A stretch of 64,000 nucleotides of DNA from Natronospirales bacterium (GCA_021816765.1 JAKAXB010000003.1:100074-164073); one strand, 5' to 3'. Positions 47,750-57,637 are shown, counted from the first letter of the stretch. Translations and numbers: made by a program. Notes: generated by a model not told the origin, from the letters alone.

Positions 47750-49194
47750 CCGCCAGCCCTGAGGGGCAGGAATAAAGTTTGCCTGGACCGCTTTACCAGG
47801 ACGGGTACCGCACGGGTGACCGGCAACTGTCTTGCCAGGAACTGGAACTGGCGCAGACCGGTCACGCGCGTACTGTTTACCATCAGCACCACGTCTCCCG
47901 GCTCGAAACCTGCGCGTCGTCCGGCGCCTTGAATCACCTGCTCTACCATCACACCACCTGCTGCGACATGGAAACGGCGACGCTCACCGCTGCTCAGGGA
48001 GCGTACTGCCAGCCCCAGCGAGTCAAACAGACCATATTGCTCACCGGCTTCTCCCGACTGGTTCATTGCATTCGTCGGCAGGACACCAATGCGCACCCGC
48101 AGCATTTCACGCTTGCCGTCCCGCAGTATGGTAAGCGGTACATCCCGACCCGCGGATGTACTGCCCACCAGCGGCGGCAGCGCTTGGGAACTCACCACAT
48201 TGGCGCCGCCGTAGGTCAAAATCACATCTCCCGCCTGGATACCCGCCCGGGCGGCGGGACTGGCAGGCACCACCTCACGCACCAGTGCGCCTTCGGGGCG
48301 GGACAGATGCAGGGATGCGGCCATATCCGGGGACAGATCCAGAATATTGACCCCCAACCAGCCGCGGGTCACATGGCCGTGCTGCCGTAACTGCCGCACG
48401 ACTTGCATGGCCAGATTAATGGGTATGGCGAAAGATACACCCTGGTAGCCGCCTGTGCGGCTATAAATTTCGGAATTGATGCCTACCACCTGCCCCTCCA
48501 AATTGAACAGCGGGCCGCCGGAATTGCCGGGATTGATAGGCACGTCGGTCTGGATGTAGGGCACGTATTGCTCACTGCCGATGCTGCGCCCTTTGGCACT
48601 CACGATGCCGGCGGTTACGGAATGGTCAAAGCCGAAAGGCGAGCCGATGGCCAACACCCATTGGCCCACACGCAGCCGGCTGGCATCACCGATGGCCGCC
48701 ACCGGCAGGCCGACAGCATTGATCTTGAGCAGCGCCAAGTCGCTGGACGGATCCACCCCCAGGATTTTCGCCGGCAGTACCCGCCGATCATTGAGTTTGA
48801 CGGTGATACGCTCGGCGTCCTTGATGACGTGGTAATTGGTGAGAATCTCGCCGTCTGCGGAAATGATGAAACCGGAGCCCAGGGACTCGGCGGTCAGAGC
48901 ACCGCCACCATCGTCTCCGTGTCGCGGAGAAGGCAACGCACCAAAAAAATGCCGATACCAGTCTTCAGAAGGATCGTCCCTGTCGCCCCCCCCGGGAGAT
49001 GCTGCGTCGTTCTGGGCCAGGGTGTCCAGGCGTTGTGTGGTGCTGATATTCACCACCACCGGCGTGACCCGGGCCACCACGGTGGTGAAATCCGGCAAGC
49101 CGGTGGCAAACGCATCACCTGCCGGGGCCATTGCCATACCAGCCAGAAAGGGGATAAGCCAGAAAGTCTGCCGCACCACATCATTGTGGTGCAA
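47746..49194 (-). CDS. degP: Periplasmic serine endoprotease DegP/MucD (Do family)
   Basis: 482 aa with a signal peptide, catalytic GNSGGPLFN, a His/Asp context, and two PDZ-like regions. Confidence 0.9.
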   Translation of the reverse strand: MHHNDVVRQTFWLIPFLAGMAMAPAGDAFATGLPDFTTVVARVTPVVVNISTTQRLDTLAQNDAASPGGGDRDDPSEDWYRHFFGALPSPRHGDDGGGALTAESLGSGFIISADGEILTNYHVIKDAERITVKLNDRRVLPAKILGVDPSSDLALLKINAVGLPVAAIGDASRLRVGQWVLAIGSPFGFDHSVTAGIVSAKGRSIGSEQYVPYIQTDVPINPGNSGGPLFNLEGQVVGINSEIYSRTGGYQGVSFAIPINLAMQVVRQLRQHGHVTRGWLGVNILDLSPDMAASLHLSRPEGALVREVVPASPAARAGIQAGDVILTYGGANVVSSQALPPLVGSTSAGRDVPLTILRDGKREMLRVRIGVLPTNAMNQSGEAGEQYGLFDSLGLAVRSLSSGERRRFHVAAGGVMVEQVIQGAGRRAGFEPGDVVLMVNSTRVTGLRQFQFLARQLPVTRAVPVLVKRSRQTLFLPLRAGG

Positions 49195-49232
49195 GCTCCT
49201 TGGCGCCGCAAGCGGACTGCGGTGCTGCTGTT

Positions 49233-50219
49233 TTAGCGGGGCTGCAACTGCATGGATTGGGCGATCAGCTCTACCGTGGTGCGGGGCACTTCGCCCACCA
49301 CCGTGATGTGGTAGCCTCCCACCTGCCGTCCAAAGGCATTCACCGCACCCATGTGCGCGGGACCGATCAATGACTGCCGGTCTGCTCGTGCAGCTTCCGC
49401 GAATACCGATACCGTGGCCAGTCCATCGCTGTACACCAGGTGCTGTACCGGCTGCGCGACTCCCGCTACTCGCTGCACATCGCTCAAGGAAAGCACGAAT
49501 CCCGGCGGCAAACGCGCCGCTTTCCAGCTATGGTGCTTCTCGCCGGGCGCCGGCTTTTCGGAATCACCCTGGATGTTCCAGGTGTAGCCTGGCCCGATTT
49601 CGGTTGCCCTGAGAGCGGCATCTGGAATGCTCCTAGGATAACGCAAGGAAGTAAACATGACCCGCTCCACTGTCCGGCCAGCGCGGGTTACGAGATCAGA
49701 ACGCAGCAGCATGGCAGTACGCGCATCGAGCCAGAGCTTGTAACCGTAACGGTACGGATCCCGCGGTTTGATGCTGATTACCCTGCACTTGTAACCCGCG
49801 ATGCGGTCCTGGCCCAGATCCTTGAAACTGTAATAGGCGGTGAGCTTTGCCGCATGTACCGCTGCCGGCACCGCCGCCGGAAAATGCGCGGCGGCATAGC
49901 GGCGTTCCACCAGTACCGAATGGCTCTCCGGCAGGATGCATTTCACATTCTTGTGATCACGCACCACCTCACGTTTTGGTCCGGTAAGCGATACCAGTCG
50001 TTCAATGCCGCCCTTGGCATCAGCGCGGTGGGTGATCTGCATGGTTTCCAGATGATCACCGTGAATATAGATGAATGTACCCTCATAATTGAGGGTGCGC
50101 AGGGCCACATTCATGCGATCCAGCCACGCTTCCGGGCTGTTGTGAGTGCCGGCAAAGGCCGCCGGTACGATGAGTGCCGCAAACAGCGGCAACAACGTCC
50201 AGCGACAGAAATGATTCAT
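49233..50219 (-). CDS. rseB: Sigma-E regulatory protein RseB/MucB
   Basis: 328 aa with a signal peptide and the MucB_RseB-like motif WLDRMNVALRTLNYEGTFIYIHGD. The start shares one nt with the rseA stop (TGATG). Confidence 0.85.
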   Translation of the reverse strand: MNHFCRWTLLPLFAALIVPAAFAGTHNSPEAWLDRMNVALRTLNYEGTFIYIHGDHLETMQITHRADAKGGIERLVSLTGPKREVVRDHKNVKCILPESHSVLVERRYAAAHFPAAVPAAVHAAKLTAYYSFKDLGQDRIAGYKCRVISIKPRDPYRYGYKLWLDARTAMLLRSDLVTRAGRTVERVMFTSLRYPRSIPDAALRATEIGPGYTWNIQGDSEKPAPGEKHHSWKAARLPPGFVLSLSDVQRVAGVAQPVQHLVYSDGLATVSVFAEAARADRQSLIGPAHMGAVNAFGRQVGGYHITVVGEVPRTTVELIAQSMQLQPR

Positions 50220-50839
50220 CAGCGATCCCGATGCCTGGCTTGGCTGGAAGTCCGCGACGGGTTCTGCGTCCGCCCGGGTGCCGTATAGGCAGTGATGTAA
50301 AAATACGGTGGCATGCCCTGCTGTCCAAGGGCGGCAGCAATTTCGCCATGGTTGATGACGTAATTATTGAGTTCCGCCTGGACCTCCGGCGTATTGCCGT
50401 TCCAACTGGCGTTACTCGCCATACCGTAAGCGACGGGTGTAGTCTGGATAGGCGCGCTCGACGGAACAATTTCCGATGGTGCCGTCACAGGCTGCATGTG
50501 GATAGAGTCGTAGCGCAGTCCTACAATCGCCACCACGGCGACGCAGGCCGCCACGGCCAGTCCTGCAATACTCTTGCCGAGATACCCAAACAGGCTGTCG
50601 CGCTTTTGCACTGCTGTTACCGCTTCCTGTCCCACCGCCGCCATGACCCTATCCGTAAAACCGCGTGTATCCACGTGCGATAGCGTCTTGCGCATAGCCT
50701 CACCGATAAGGTGGTAGTGCTCCCAACACACACACAAGTGGTTTTCCGTGCCAAAACGGCGCGCCAGAAGCTCGTGCTCATCTTCCGGCAACTCGTTATC
50801 CGCCAACGCGGAAATCTGTTCTCGCAATTTCTCCGTCAT
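50219..50839 (-). CDS. rseA: Anti-sigma-E factor RseA/MucA
   Basis: 206 aa with the N-terminal anti-sigma motif REQISALADNEL...W..YHLIGEAMR and a central TM. Lies between rpoE and rseB. Confidence 0.8.
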   Translation of the reverse strand: MTEKLREQISALADNELPEDEHELLARRFGTENHLCVCWEHYHLIGEAMRKTLSHVDTRGFTDRVMAAVGQEAVTAVQKRDSLFGYLGKSIAGLAVAACVAVVAIVGLRYDSIHMQPVTAPSEIVPSSAPIQTTPVAYGMASNASWNGNTPEVQAELNNYVINHGEIAAALGQQGMPPYFYITAYTAPGRTQNPSRTSSQARHRDR

Positions 50840-50857
50840 AACGTCTCTACCATTGCC

Positions 50858-51466
50858 TTAACCCAGTAACGGACGCAGCTTGCCGTCAATCGCCTCGCGC
50901 GCCCGGAAGATACGCGAACGTACCGTGCCCACCGGGCAGGACATCGTTTGCGCGATCTCTTCATAACTCATGCCATCAATCTCCCGCAGGATAATCGCGG
51001 TGCGCAGATCCTCCGGTAACTGTTCAATGGCCGCTTCCACAGTGCGTTGGATTTCTTCCGTAAGCAGCAGACGCTCGGGCGTATCCATATCCCGGAGCCG
51101 CGCCTGCATGTCATACTGTTCCGGGTCCTGCAGGTCCACGCCGTGATCCAGCGGCCGCCGGCTCTCCGCCACCAGATGGTTCTTGGCGGTGTTGATAGCG
51201 ATCCGGTACAGCCACGTATAGAACGCGCTGTCGCCACGGAACCCGGGAATCGCCCGGTATGCCTTGATGAACGCCTCCTGCGCCACATCCAGCGCCTCAG
51301 TGCTGTCATGCACATAGCGGGAGATCAGCTTGATGATCTTATACTGGTATTTCCTCACCAGCATGTCGAACGCCGACCTGTCGCCCCGCTGCACACGCTC
51401 GACCAGCATCCGATCAGAATCAGTCTTGACCGGCCCGGCCTCAGTAACCGGCTTTGGCATGTGCAT
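50858..51466 (-). CDS. rpoE: ECF sigma factor RpoE/AlgU
   Basis: 202 aa; LVERVQRGDRSAFDMLVRKYQYKI... is nearly identical in pattern to AlgU/RpoE. The start could also be the ATG at 51460. Confidence 0.95.
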   Translation of the reverse strand: MHMPKPVTEAGPVKTDSDRMLVERVQRGDRSAFDMLVRKYQYKIIKLISRYVHDSTEALDVAQEAFIKAYRAIPGFRGDSAFYTWLYRIAINTAKNHLVAESRRPLDHGVDLQDPEQYDMQARLRDMDTPERLLLTEEIQRTVEAAIEQLPEDLRTAIILREIDGMSYEEIAQTMSCPVGTVRSRIFRAREAIDGKLRPLLG

Positions 51467-51477
51467 TCGCTTGGCTC

Positions 51478-51504
51478 ATAGACAGATGGGGGGGCAGATA
51501 GTTC
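51478..51504 (-). promoter_or_regulatory. Weak candidate sigma-E-type (autoregulated) promoter upstream of rpoE
   Basis: Minus strand: GAACTA (51504-51499), a 16-nt spacer, then TCTAT (51482-51478), against the remembered consensus GAACTT-N16/17-TCTGA. It lies only ~12 nt from the first ATG, which argues against it or for a very short leader. Confidence 0.3.
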
Positions 51505-51600
51505 GCCAAAGGGGCCTGGATGCGAGTATATTTCGCGTCCCTCGGAGGACGCTGGGAACCCCGCGGATGCCATTCTAGCAGCCCGATAAGGCTAACGACC

Positions 51601-53241
51601 ATGCAGCACGCGGCAAGCTATGACGTTCTTATCCTCGGCAGCGGCGCAGCCGGCTTGACCCTAGCCCTGCGCTTGCCGGGGCACTTGCATATCGCCCTGG
51701 TATCCAAGGGCCCTCTGCCCGAAGGCAGTACCCTGTATGCCCAGGGAGGCATCTCCGCGGTCCTCGATAAGGCCGACTCCATCCAATCCCACATTGAGGA
51801 TACCCTGAATGCCGGCGCCGGTTTGTGCGATCCCCACAGCGTGCGCTATGTGGTGGAACAGGGTCCCGCCTGCATCCGCTGGCTCATTGACCAAGGGGTG
51901 AAATTCACCCGCACTCACGAATCCGCCGATTCCAGCACCTACCACCTGACCCGCGAGGGCGGCCACAGTCACCGGCGCGTGGTGCATGCCGGCGACGCCA
52001 CCGGTCGCGAGATTGAAACCACCCTGGAAAAACTCGTCCGCGCGCGCGCCAATATCGCGCTCCTTGAAAACCACCTGGCTGTGGATCTCATCACCGCAAC
52101 CAAACTCGGCCTGCCGGACCCACGCTGCTATGGCGCCTATTTGCTGGACCGGCGCACACACCATGTGCGTACCGTGGCGGCACGCCATGTGGCGCTTGCC
52201 ACCGGCGGTGCCAACAAGGTCTATCTCTACACCAGCAATCCGGACAGCTCCACCGGCGATGGCATCGCCATGGCCTGGCGGGCCGGTTGCCGTGTGGGAA
52301 ACATGGAATTCATGCAGTTCCACCCCACCTGCCTGTATCATCCTGCCGCCAAGTCATTCCTCATCAGTGAAGCAGTACGTGGTGAAGGCGGAAAACTGCT
52401 GCTGCCCGACGGCACGCCTTTCATGCATAAATTCGACACCCGCGGAGAACTGGCGCCGCGCGACGTCGTGGCGCGCGCCATTGACCATGAAATGAAGCGC
52501 CTGGGCTCCGACCACGTTCTGCTGGACATAAGCCACAAGCCGAGAGAGTTCATTCAGGAACACTTCCCCACCATCTACGCGCGCTGTCTTGAGTACGGCT
52601 ACGACATGGCGGAACGGCCCATTCCGGTGGTACCCGCGGCCCATTACACCTGTGGCGGAATCCTGACTGATCTGCGCGGGCGCACCGATCTGCCGGGGCT
52701 CTACGCCATCGGTGAAACCGCTTTCACGGGCTTGCACGGCGCCAACCGCATGGCCAGCAACTCACTGCTGGAATGCATCGTCTTCGGCACGACGGCAGCC
52801 ATGGACATCACTGAAAATGGCGCCGGGACAAAACTGCCGCAAGCCTTGCCGAAATGGGACGAAAGCCGTGTGACAGATTCCGATGAAGAGGTGGTGGTCT
52901 CGCATAATTGGAGTGAACTACGTCACTTCATGTGGGACTATGTGGGTATCGTACGCACCAACAAGCGCCTGAGGCGAGCCCACAGCCGCGTGGAACTTTT
53001 GCTGCACGAGATCGAGGAATACTACGGTAACTTCCGCATCACCAGCGACCTCATCGAATTGCGTAATCTGGCGCAGGTGGCCAGACTCATCATCCGTTCC
53101 GCCATACAGCGCTGCGAAAGCCGCGGGCTACACTACACACTCGACTATCCTGCGAGCGACAGTCAGCATGCGCCGCACAGCACGATTCTGGTACCGCCAA
53201 ATTTCGCAGCCAATCATCAAGCCGTGAGCTGGGACAGTTGA
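51601..53241 (+). CDS. nadB: L-aspartate oxidase
   Basis: Track ORF trimmed to the ATG at 51601 ([26 protein letters not shown]-binding GxGxxG). Divergent from rpoE, as in E. coli. Confidence 0.95.
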   Translation: MQHAASYDVLILGSGAAGLTLALRLPGHLHIALVSKGPLPEGSTLYAQGGISAVLDKADSIQSHIEDTLNAGAGLCDPHSVRYVVEQGPACIRWLIDQGVKFTRTHESADSSTYHLTREGGHSHRRVVHAGDATGREIETTLEKLVRARANIALLENHLAVDLITATKLGLPDPRCYGAYLLDRRTHHVRTVAARHVALATGGANKVYLYTSNPDSSTGDGIAMAWRAGCRVGNMEFMQFHPTCLYHPAAKSFLISEAVRGEGGKLLLPDGTPFMHKFDTRGELAPRDVVARAIDHEMKRLGSDHVLLDISHKPREFIQEHFPTIYARCLEYGYDMAERPIPVVPAAHYTCGGILTDLRGRTDLPGLYAIGETAFTGLHGANRMASNSLLECIVFGTTAAMDITENGAGTKLPQALPKWDESRVTDSDEEVVVSHNWSELRHFMWDYVGIVRTNKRLRRAHSRVELLLHEIEEYYGNFRITSDLIELRNLAQVARLIIRSAIQRCESRGLHYTLDYPASDSQHAPHSTILVPPNFAANHQAVSWDS

Positions 53242-53344
53242 CGCTTTCATCTATTGCTCCTGCGTTTCACGCCCAGTTCCGCTACGCATGTCCGGCAGGT
53301 ACTTTCAGATTGAGCAAGAACGGCATCCTGCCGCGGTGACCCCA

Positions 53345-53809
53345 TCACCGCGTGGGTGTTCCGTATCTCAGCAGTACGCGCAAACGGCGCAATCCCTCCG
53401 CGCTGCAGCTGTCACGCGCCAGCATTAGGGTATAGCGTTTGTTGCCGGACCGGCGGAAATGCGCCATAACCAGCCATGTGCCGAGATAAGCTTGCGGCAA
53501 TAATTCGAGCATTTGGGTCGTATCATTCCGATCAATAATGCGCCAACCCTCCTCCGCTGACCACAACAGACGCTTGGGTGTATGCCTCCAGAACATCACG
53601 CCATTCCACGTCAGGCTGCCCAGGATGGCCAACAGCAATACCAGGCGGTTCGGCAGCGACAACGGCAGCTGCGCACAGATCACCGCCGCGGTGGCATGCA
53701 TGGAGAACAGCAGGGTCACGACAAGGCGTGACGGGCGGATATCAAGTTCGAGACGTTCGCCGCAGGATTGCAATGACACGGCGCTGCTCCTCGATGACGG
53801 GTTGTTCAC
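53345..53809 (-). CDS. ygfX: YgfX/CptA-like inner-membrane protein (DUF1434)
   Basis: Two predicted TM helices (LVVTLLFSMHATAAVICAQL, LVLLLAILGSLTWNGVMFW). C-terminus ...RDSCSAEGLRRLRVLLRY is like E. coli YgfX ...EWRDLRRILL. It lies directly downstream of sdhE. The true start is probably an internal GTG/TTG near 53773-53779, so the overlap with sdhE is uncertain. Confidence 0.6.
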   Translation of the reverse strand: MNNPSSRSSAVSLQSCGERLELDIRPSRLVVTLLFSMHATAAVICAQLPLSLPNRLVLLLAILGSLTWNGVMFWRHTPKRLLWSAEEGWRIIDRNDTTQMLELLPQAYLGTWLVMAHFRRSGNKRYTLMLARDSCSAEGLRRLRVLLRYGTPTR

Positions 53810-53990
53810 GACCGATTATATAGGCCAGCAGAACCGGGTCGGGCAACTCCAGCAGCGAAGAGAAAGCCTGTTGCTCCGCAGGTGACGTGCCGCTGAAATG
53901 GGCTTGCAGATAGCCTTCCAGCAACACATCCAGTTCCTTCATGCCGCGACGGCAGCACCAGCGGAGCTTGGCGATATCCTCACTCCTCAC
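53742..53990 (-). CDS. sdhE: FAD assembly factor SdhE (YgfY/CptB)
   Basis: 82 aa. ...IAKLRWCCRRGMKELDVLL... matches the E. coli SdhE motif IHWACRRGMRELD. The GTG start lies inside the heptamer array. An in-frame TGA 6 nt upstream fixes this as the first possible start. Confidence 0.85.
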   Translation of the reverse strand: MRSEDIAKLRWCCRRGMKELDVLLEGYLQAHFSGTSPAEQQAFSSLLELPDPVLLAYIIGREQPVIEEQRRVIAILRRTSRT

Positions 53991-54026
53991 TCCTCACTCC
54001 TCACTCCTCACTCCTCACTCCTCACC
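53978..54026. repeat. Tandem heptanucleotide repeat, 7 copies (+ strand CCTCACT; mRNA sense AGTGAGG)
   Basis: Counted directly: CCTCACT at 53978, 53985, 53992, 53999, 54006 and 54013 (six perfect copies) and CCTCACC at 54020. Confidence 0.95.
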
Positions 54027-54060
54027 AAAAAAACGAGCGGGATAACGAACAACCGCAGTA

Positions 54061-54840
54061 TTAATGCTCCCGTTCCAGTATCAGTTTCTTGACCTCGGCA
54101 ATGGCCTGGGCGGGATTGAGCCCCTTGGGGCAGGTGCGGGTGCAATTCATGATGGTGTGGCAGCGATACAGCTTGAATGGATCCTGCAACTCATCCAGGC
54201 GTTCGCCGGCGGCCTCATCGCGGCTGTCCACAATCCAGCGGTAGGCCTGCAGCAGGCTCGCCGGGCCGAGATAACGGTCACCGTTCCACCACCAACTGGG
54301 ACAACTGGTGGTGCAGCAGGCGCACAGGATACATTCATAAAGACCATCAAGCTTCGCGCGTTCCTCCTTGGATTGCAGTCGCTCGCGGTCCGGTGGCGGT
54401 GTCTCGGTCTGCAGCCAGGGTTTGATAGTAGCGTACTGGGCGAAGAAATGTGTCAGGTCCGGTACCAGATCCTTGATCACCGGCATGTGCGGCAGCGGAT
54501 AGATTTTCACGTCGCCCTTGATATCCTTGGTGTCATGGGTGCATGCCAGGGTATTGGTACCATCAATATTCATGGCGCAGGAGCCGCACACGCCTTCACG
54601 ACAGGAGCGGCGCAAGGTGAGGGTTGAATCCACCTCGTTCTTGATCTTGAGCAGCGCGTCCAGCACCATGGGCCCGCATCTGTCCATGTCCACCTCATAG
54701 GTATCCATGCGCGGATTCTGGCCGCTGTCAGGATCGTAGCGATAGACACGAAAGCGCCGGATGTTCTTCGCGCCTTCCTGGGCCTTGAAGGTCCTGCCTT
54801 CCTGCACGCGGGAATTCCTCGGTAAGGTAAATTCGGCCAT
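54061..54840 (-). CDS. sdhB: Succinate dehydrogenase iron-sulfur subunit
   Basis: 259 aa with three Cys clusters ([15 protein letters not shown]; [12 protein letters not shown]; [17 protein letters not shown]). Confidence 0.95.
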   Translation of the reverse strand: MAEFTLPRNSRVQEGRTFKAQEGAKNIRRFRVYRYDPDSGQNPRMDTYEVDMDRCGPMVLDALLKIKNEVDSTLTLRRSCREGVCGSCAMNIDGTNTLACTHDTKDIKGDVKIYPLPHMPVIKDLVPDLTHFFAQYATIKPWLQTETPPPDRERLQSKEERAKLDGLYECILCACCTTSCPSWWWNGDRYLGPASLLQAYRWIVDSRDEAAGERLDELQDPFKLYRCHTIMNCTRTCPKGLNPAQAIAEVKKLILEREH

Positions 54841-54855
54841 GGTTCGACCTCGTAA

Positions 54856-56643
54856 TCAATAGACGCGTTTTTTCGGCGGTACGGCTTTCACTTCATCCGT
54901 CATGGGGTTCATGTGTACCGGGCGGTAGTCAAGTTTGACGCCGCCTATCTCGTCCATCCACGCAAGTGAATGTTTCATCCAGTTCTTGTCATCACGCTCG
55001 GGATAATCCTCGCGGGCGTGGGCGCCGCGACTTTCGGTGCGGTTAAGAGCACCTGCCATGGTGACGCTGGCGCAGGCCAGCAGGTTGGCGAGTTCCAGCG
55101 TCTCCACCAGATCGGAGTTCCAGATAAGTGAGCGATCTCCCACCTTCACCTTGACGAAGGAATCGAACACATCCTGCAGGCGCTTCCTGCCCTCTCCCAG
55201 AGTCTTGCCGGTGCGGAACACCGCAGCATCCGACTGCATTACCTTCTGCATGCGCAAGCGGATTTCGGCGGTTGGTTCGGAACCGCCGCCGTTACGGATG
55301 CGATCGAAACGGTCCAGCACCTTCGCGGTAGCTTCCTTGGGGAACACACGCGGCGTTGTACCGGCTCTGACGCTTGCGGCGCAGCGCTGCGCCGCAGCAC
55401 GTCCGAATACCACCAGATCCAGCAATGAGTTGGAACCCAGGCGGTTGGCGCCGTGCACCGACACACAGGCCGCTTCGCCCACGGCCATGAGACCGAGGAT
55501 GAGGGCGTCCGGATTGCCGTCCTGCAACGTCAAGGCTTCGCCGTGATAATTGGTGGGAATACCGCCCATGTTGTAATGCGCCGTAGGCAGCACCGGGATC
55601 GGTTCCTTGCGCACATCCACGCCCGCGAAGATGCGCGTCGTTTCGGCGATACCAGGCAAGCGCTCGTGGATCACTTCCGGGCCCAGATGTTCCAGGTGCA
55701 GATGAATGTGATCTTTCGCCGCACCCACACCCCGGCCCTCGCGGATTTCAATGGTCATGGCGCGGGACACTACGTCGCGCGAGGCCAAGTCCTTGGCGTG
55801 GGGTGCATAGCGTTCCATGAAGCGCTCGCCCTGTGAATTGGTGAGATAGCCGCCCTCACCGCGTACGCCCTCGGTGATAAGGCAACCGGCCCCGTAGATA
55901 CCGGTCGGATGGAACTGCACAAATTCCATGTCCTGCAACGGCAGACCCGCACGCAGTACCATGCCATTACCGTCGCCGGTACAGGTATGCGCCGAGGTAC
56001 AGGAGAAATAGGTGCGCCCATAGCCGCCGGTGGCAAGGATGGTCTGCTGCGCCACGAAGCGATGCAGCGTGCCGGTGGCGAGTTCCCAGGCGATCACGCC
56101 GCGGCACGTGCCGTTTTCCATGAGCAGGTCCAGCGCAAAGAATTCGTAGAAAAATTCTGCGTTGTGCTTGAGACTCTGCTGGTAAAGCGCATGCAAGATG
56201 GCGTGGCCGGTGCGGTCGGCAGCCGCGCAGGTGCGTTGCGCGGTACCCTCACCGAAGTGCGTGGTCATGCCGCCGAAGGGCCGCTGGTAGATCTTGCCTT
56301 CCTCGGTACGCGAGAACGGCACGCCGTAATGTTCGAGCTCGATGACGGATTGCGGTGCCTCCTTGCACATGTACTCGATGCAATCCTGGTCGCCGAGCCA
56401 GTCGGAGCCCTTGATGGTGTCGTACATATGCCAGCGCCAGTCATCTTCGCCCATGTTGCCGAGCGAGGCGCTGATGCCGCCCTGGGCCGCCACCGTGTGG
56501 CTGCGGGTGGGATATACCTTGGTGATGTTGGCGGTGGACAGCCCCGCTTGCGCGAGTCCGAGCGTGGCACGCAGGCCGGCGCCGCCCGCACCGACTACCA
56601 CTACGTCGTAAACGTGATCAACCAGCTTGTAGGCGTCAGCCAT
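54856..56643 (-). CDS. sdhA: Succinate dehydrogenase flavoprotein subunit
   Basis: 595 aa; [14 protein letters not shown], the flavinylation site [10 protein letters not shown], and a conserved C-terminus. Confidence 0.95.
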   Translation of the reverse strand: MADAYKLVDHVYDVVVVGAGGAGLRATLGLAQAGLSTANITKVYPTRSHTVAAQGGISASLGNMGEDDWRWHMYDTIKGSDWLGDQDCIEYMCKEAPQSVIELEHYGVPFSRTEEGKIYQRPFGGMTTHFGEGTAQRTCAAADRTGHAILHALYQQSLKHNAEFFYEFFALDLLMENGTCRGVIAWELATGTLHRFVAQQTILATGGYGRTYFSCTSAHTCTGDGNGMVLRAGLPLQDMEFVQFHPTGIYGAGCLITEGVRGEGGYLTNSQGERFMERYAPHAKDLASRDVVSRAMTIEIREGRGVGAAKDHIHLHLEHLGPEVIHERLPGIAETTRIFAGVDVRKEPIPVLPTAHYNMGGIPTNYHGEALTLQDGNPDALILGLMAVGEAACVSVHGANRLGSNSLLDLVVFGRAAAQRCAASVRAGTTPRVFPKEATAKVLDRFDRIRNGGGSEPTAEIRLRMQKVMQSDAAVFRTGKTLGEGRKRLQDVFDSFVKVKVGDRSLIWNSDLVETLELANLLACASVTMAGALNRTESRGAHAREDYPERDDKNWMKHSLAWMDEIGGVKLDYRPVHMNPMTDEVKAVPPKKRVY

Positions 56644-56646
56644 TTG

Positions 56647-57027
56647 TCAGCCTCCGAAAGCGACGCGCAGTACGACAAATATACCGGCCGCAGCGAGCAG
56701 AATGCAGATGAAGCGCAGCAGAATGATGCTGCTCATTTTCAGCCACGCATCGTGCACGTAATCCTCTATGACCACCTGCAGGCCCAGATAGGCATGGTAG
56801 TAAACCGTGCCCACCAGCAATACCAGCAGTACTGCCACCCACGTCGTGTGCATCCAGTTCACCACGGTCACGTAGTCGGCGTGTACCAGCATCAACATTG
56901 AAATCACGAACCACAGGGTGAGCGGTATCAGCGCAATGGCGGACACGCGTTGTGCCACCCAGTGAGCGGTACCTTCCCTGGCGGAACCCAGGCCGCGGGC
57001 CTGACCGAGCGGACTGCGGAAACTCAT
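56647..57027 (-). CDS. sdhD: Succinate dehydrogenase membrane anchor subunit SdhD
   Basis: Track ORF trimmed to the ATG at 57027, overlapping the sdhC stop (ATGA 57024-57027). 126 aa, three TM helices. Confidence 0.85.
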   Translation of the reverse strand: MSFRSPLGQARGLGSAREGTAHWVAQRVSAIALIPLTLWFVISMLMLVHADYVTVVNWMHTTWVAVLLVLLVGTVYYHAYLGLQVVIEDYVHDAWLKMSSIILLRFICILLAAAGIFVVLRVAFGG

Positions 57028-57419
57028 GCGCCACCTCCCAGCGTGTAAGCCAGCACGATGGCGGCAACCGTGAGCAGCAGTGCGATCACCCATACCGTGT
57101 AGCCTGTGATATAGAAGGTTTTGATTGCAAAACCCCGGCCGCTATCCCAGAACAGGTGCCGGATGCCATTACACAGATGGAAAAAGAGGCAGAACACCCA
57201 TGTCCACAGCAGAATCTGACCGATCCAGCCGCCGAAGAGCGCCTGCGCCGCGGCATACGCGTCTGGTCCAACGGCAGCCGCGATAAGCCAGTAAACCAGC
57301 GCCAGCGTGCCCAGGGACAGCCAGATGCCCGTCGCTCGGTGCACGATGGACATGCTCATGGTGATCTGCCACCGGTAGATACCGAGATGCGGTGACAGGG
57401 GCCGGTTGTCGGTCGCCAT
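57024..57419 (-). CDS. sdhC: Succinate dehydrogenase cytochrome b556 subunit SdhC
   Basis: 131 aa; RPLSPHLGIYRWQITMSMSIVHRATG is the canonical SdhC N-terminal motif. Confidence 0.9.
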   Translation of the reverse strand: MATDNRPLSPHLGIYRWQITMSMSIVHRATGIWLSLGTLALVYWLIAAAVGPDAYAAAQALFGGWIGQILLWTWVFCLFFHLCNGIRHLFWDSGRGFAIKTFYITGYTVWVIALLLTVAAIVLAYTLGGGA

Positions 57420-57463
57420 GGCTGTTACCTCACAAACACTTTGATGGCCGCGAAAGCGGGGGC

Positions 57464-57637
57464 CTAGAAATCAATGCAGCGACCCCCCTTTTCCCAATCG
57501 CCGTAGCGGGTGGGTTCAGGACCCTTGGGACCGCCGACCTCGCGGGGTTCAGTCGGCTGGCGGGGTTCCACATCGGTCTCGCGGACAGGCGGAGCCGGGA
57601 TGGAAGGTTTTTTTGTTTCCTGCTTGGACATACGCAT
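57464..57637 (-). CDS. DUF1674 / SDHAF4-like small protein
   Basis: Not in the track (57 aa). My translation: MRMSKQETKKPSIPAPPVRETDVEPRQPTEPREVGGPKGPEPTRYGDWEKGGRCIDF. The C-terminal GGPKGPEPTRYGDWE+GR(C/V)xDF is the family signature by recall. It is on the same strand as sdhC, 44 nt upstream. The start could be the ATG at 57631. Confidence 0.75.
   Translation of the reverse strand: MRMSKQETKKPSIPAPPVRETDVEPRQPTEPREVGGPKGPEPTRYGDWEKGGRCIDF

Noticed and set aside
53291-53333. Inverted repeat CGGCAGG...CCTGCCG between convergent nadB and ygfX as a terminator.
   Set aside because: The stem is only 7 bp with a 27-nt loop and no U-tract on either strand. This is too weak to call.
53345-53990. 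sdhE-ygfX as a CptB/CptA toxin-antitoxin or defence module.
   Set aside because: The pair is the conserved ygfY-ygfX arrangement. Here it is embedded in the SDH locus, which favours the assembly-factor interpretation. Nothing marks it as a mobile or defence element.
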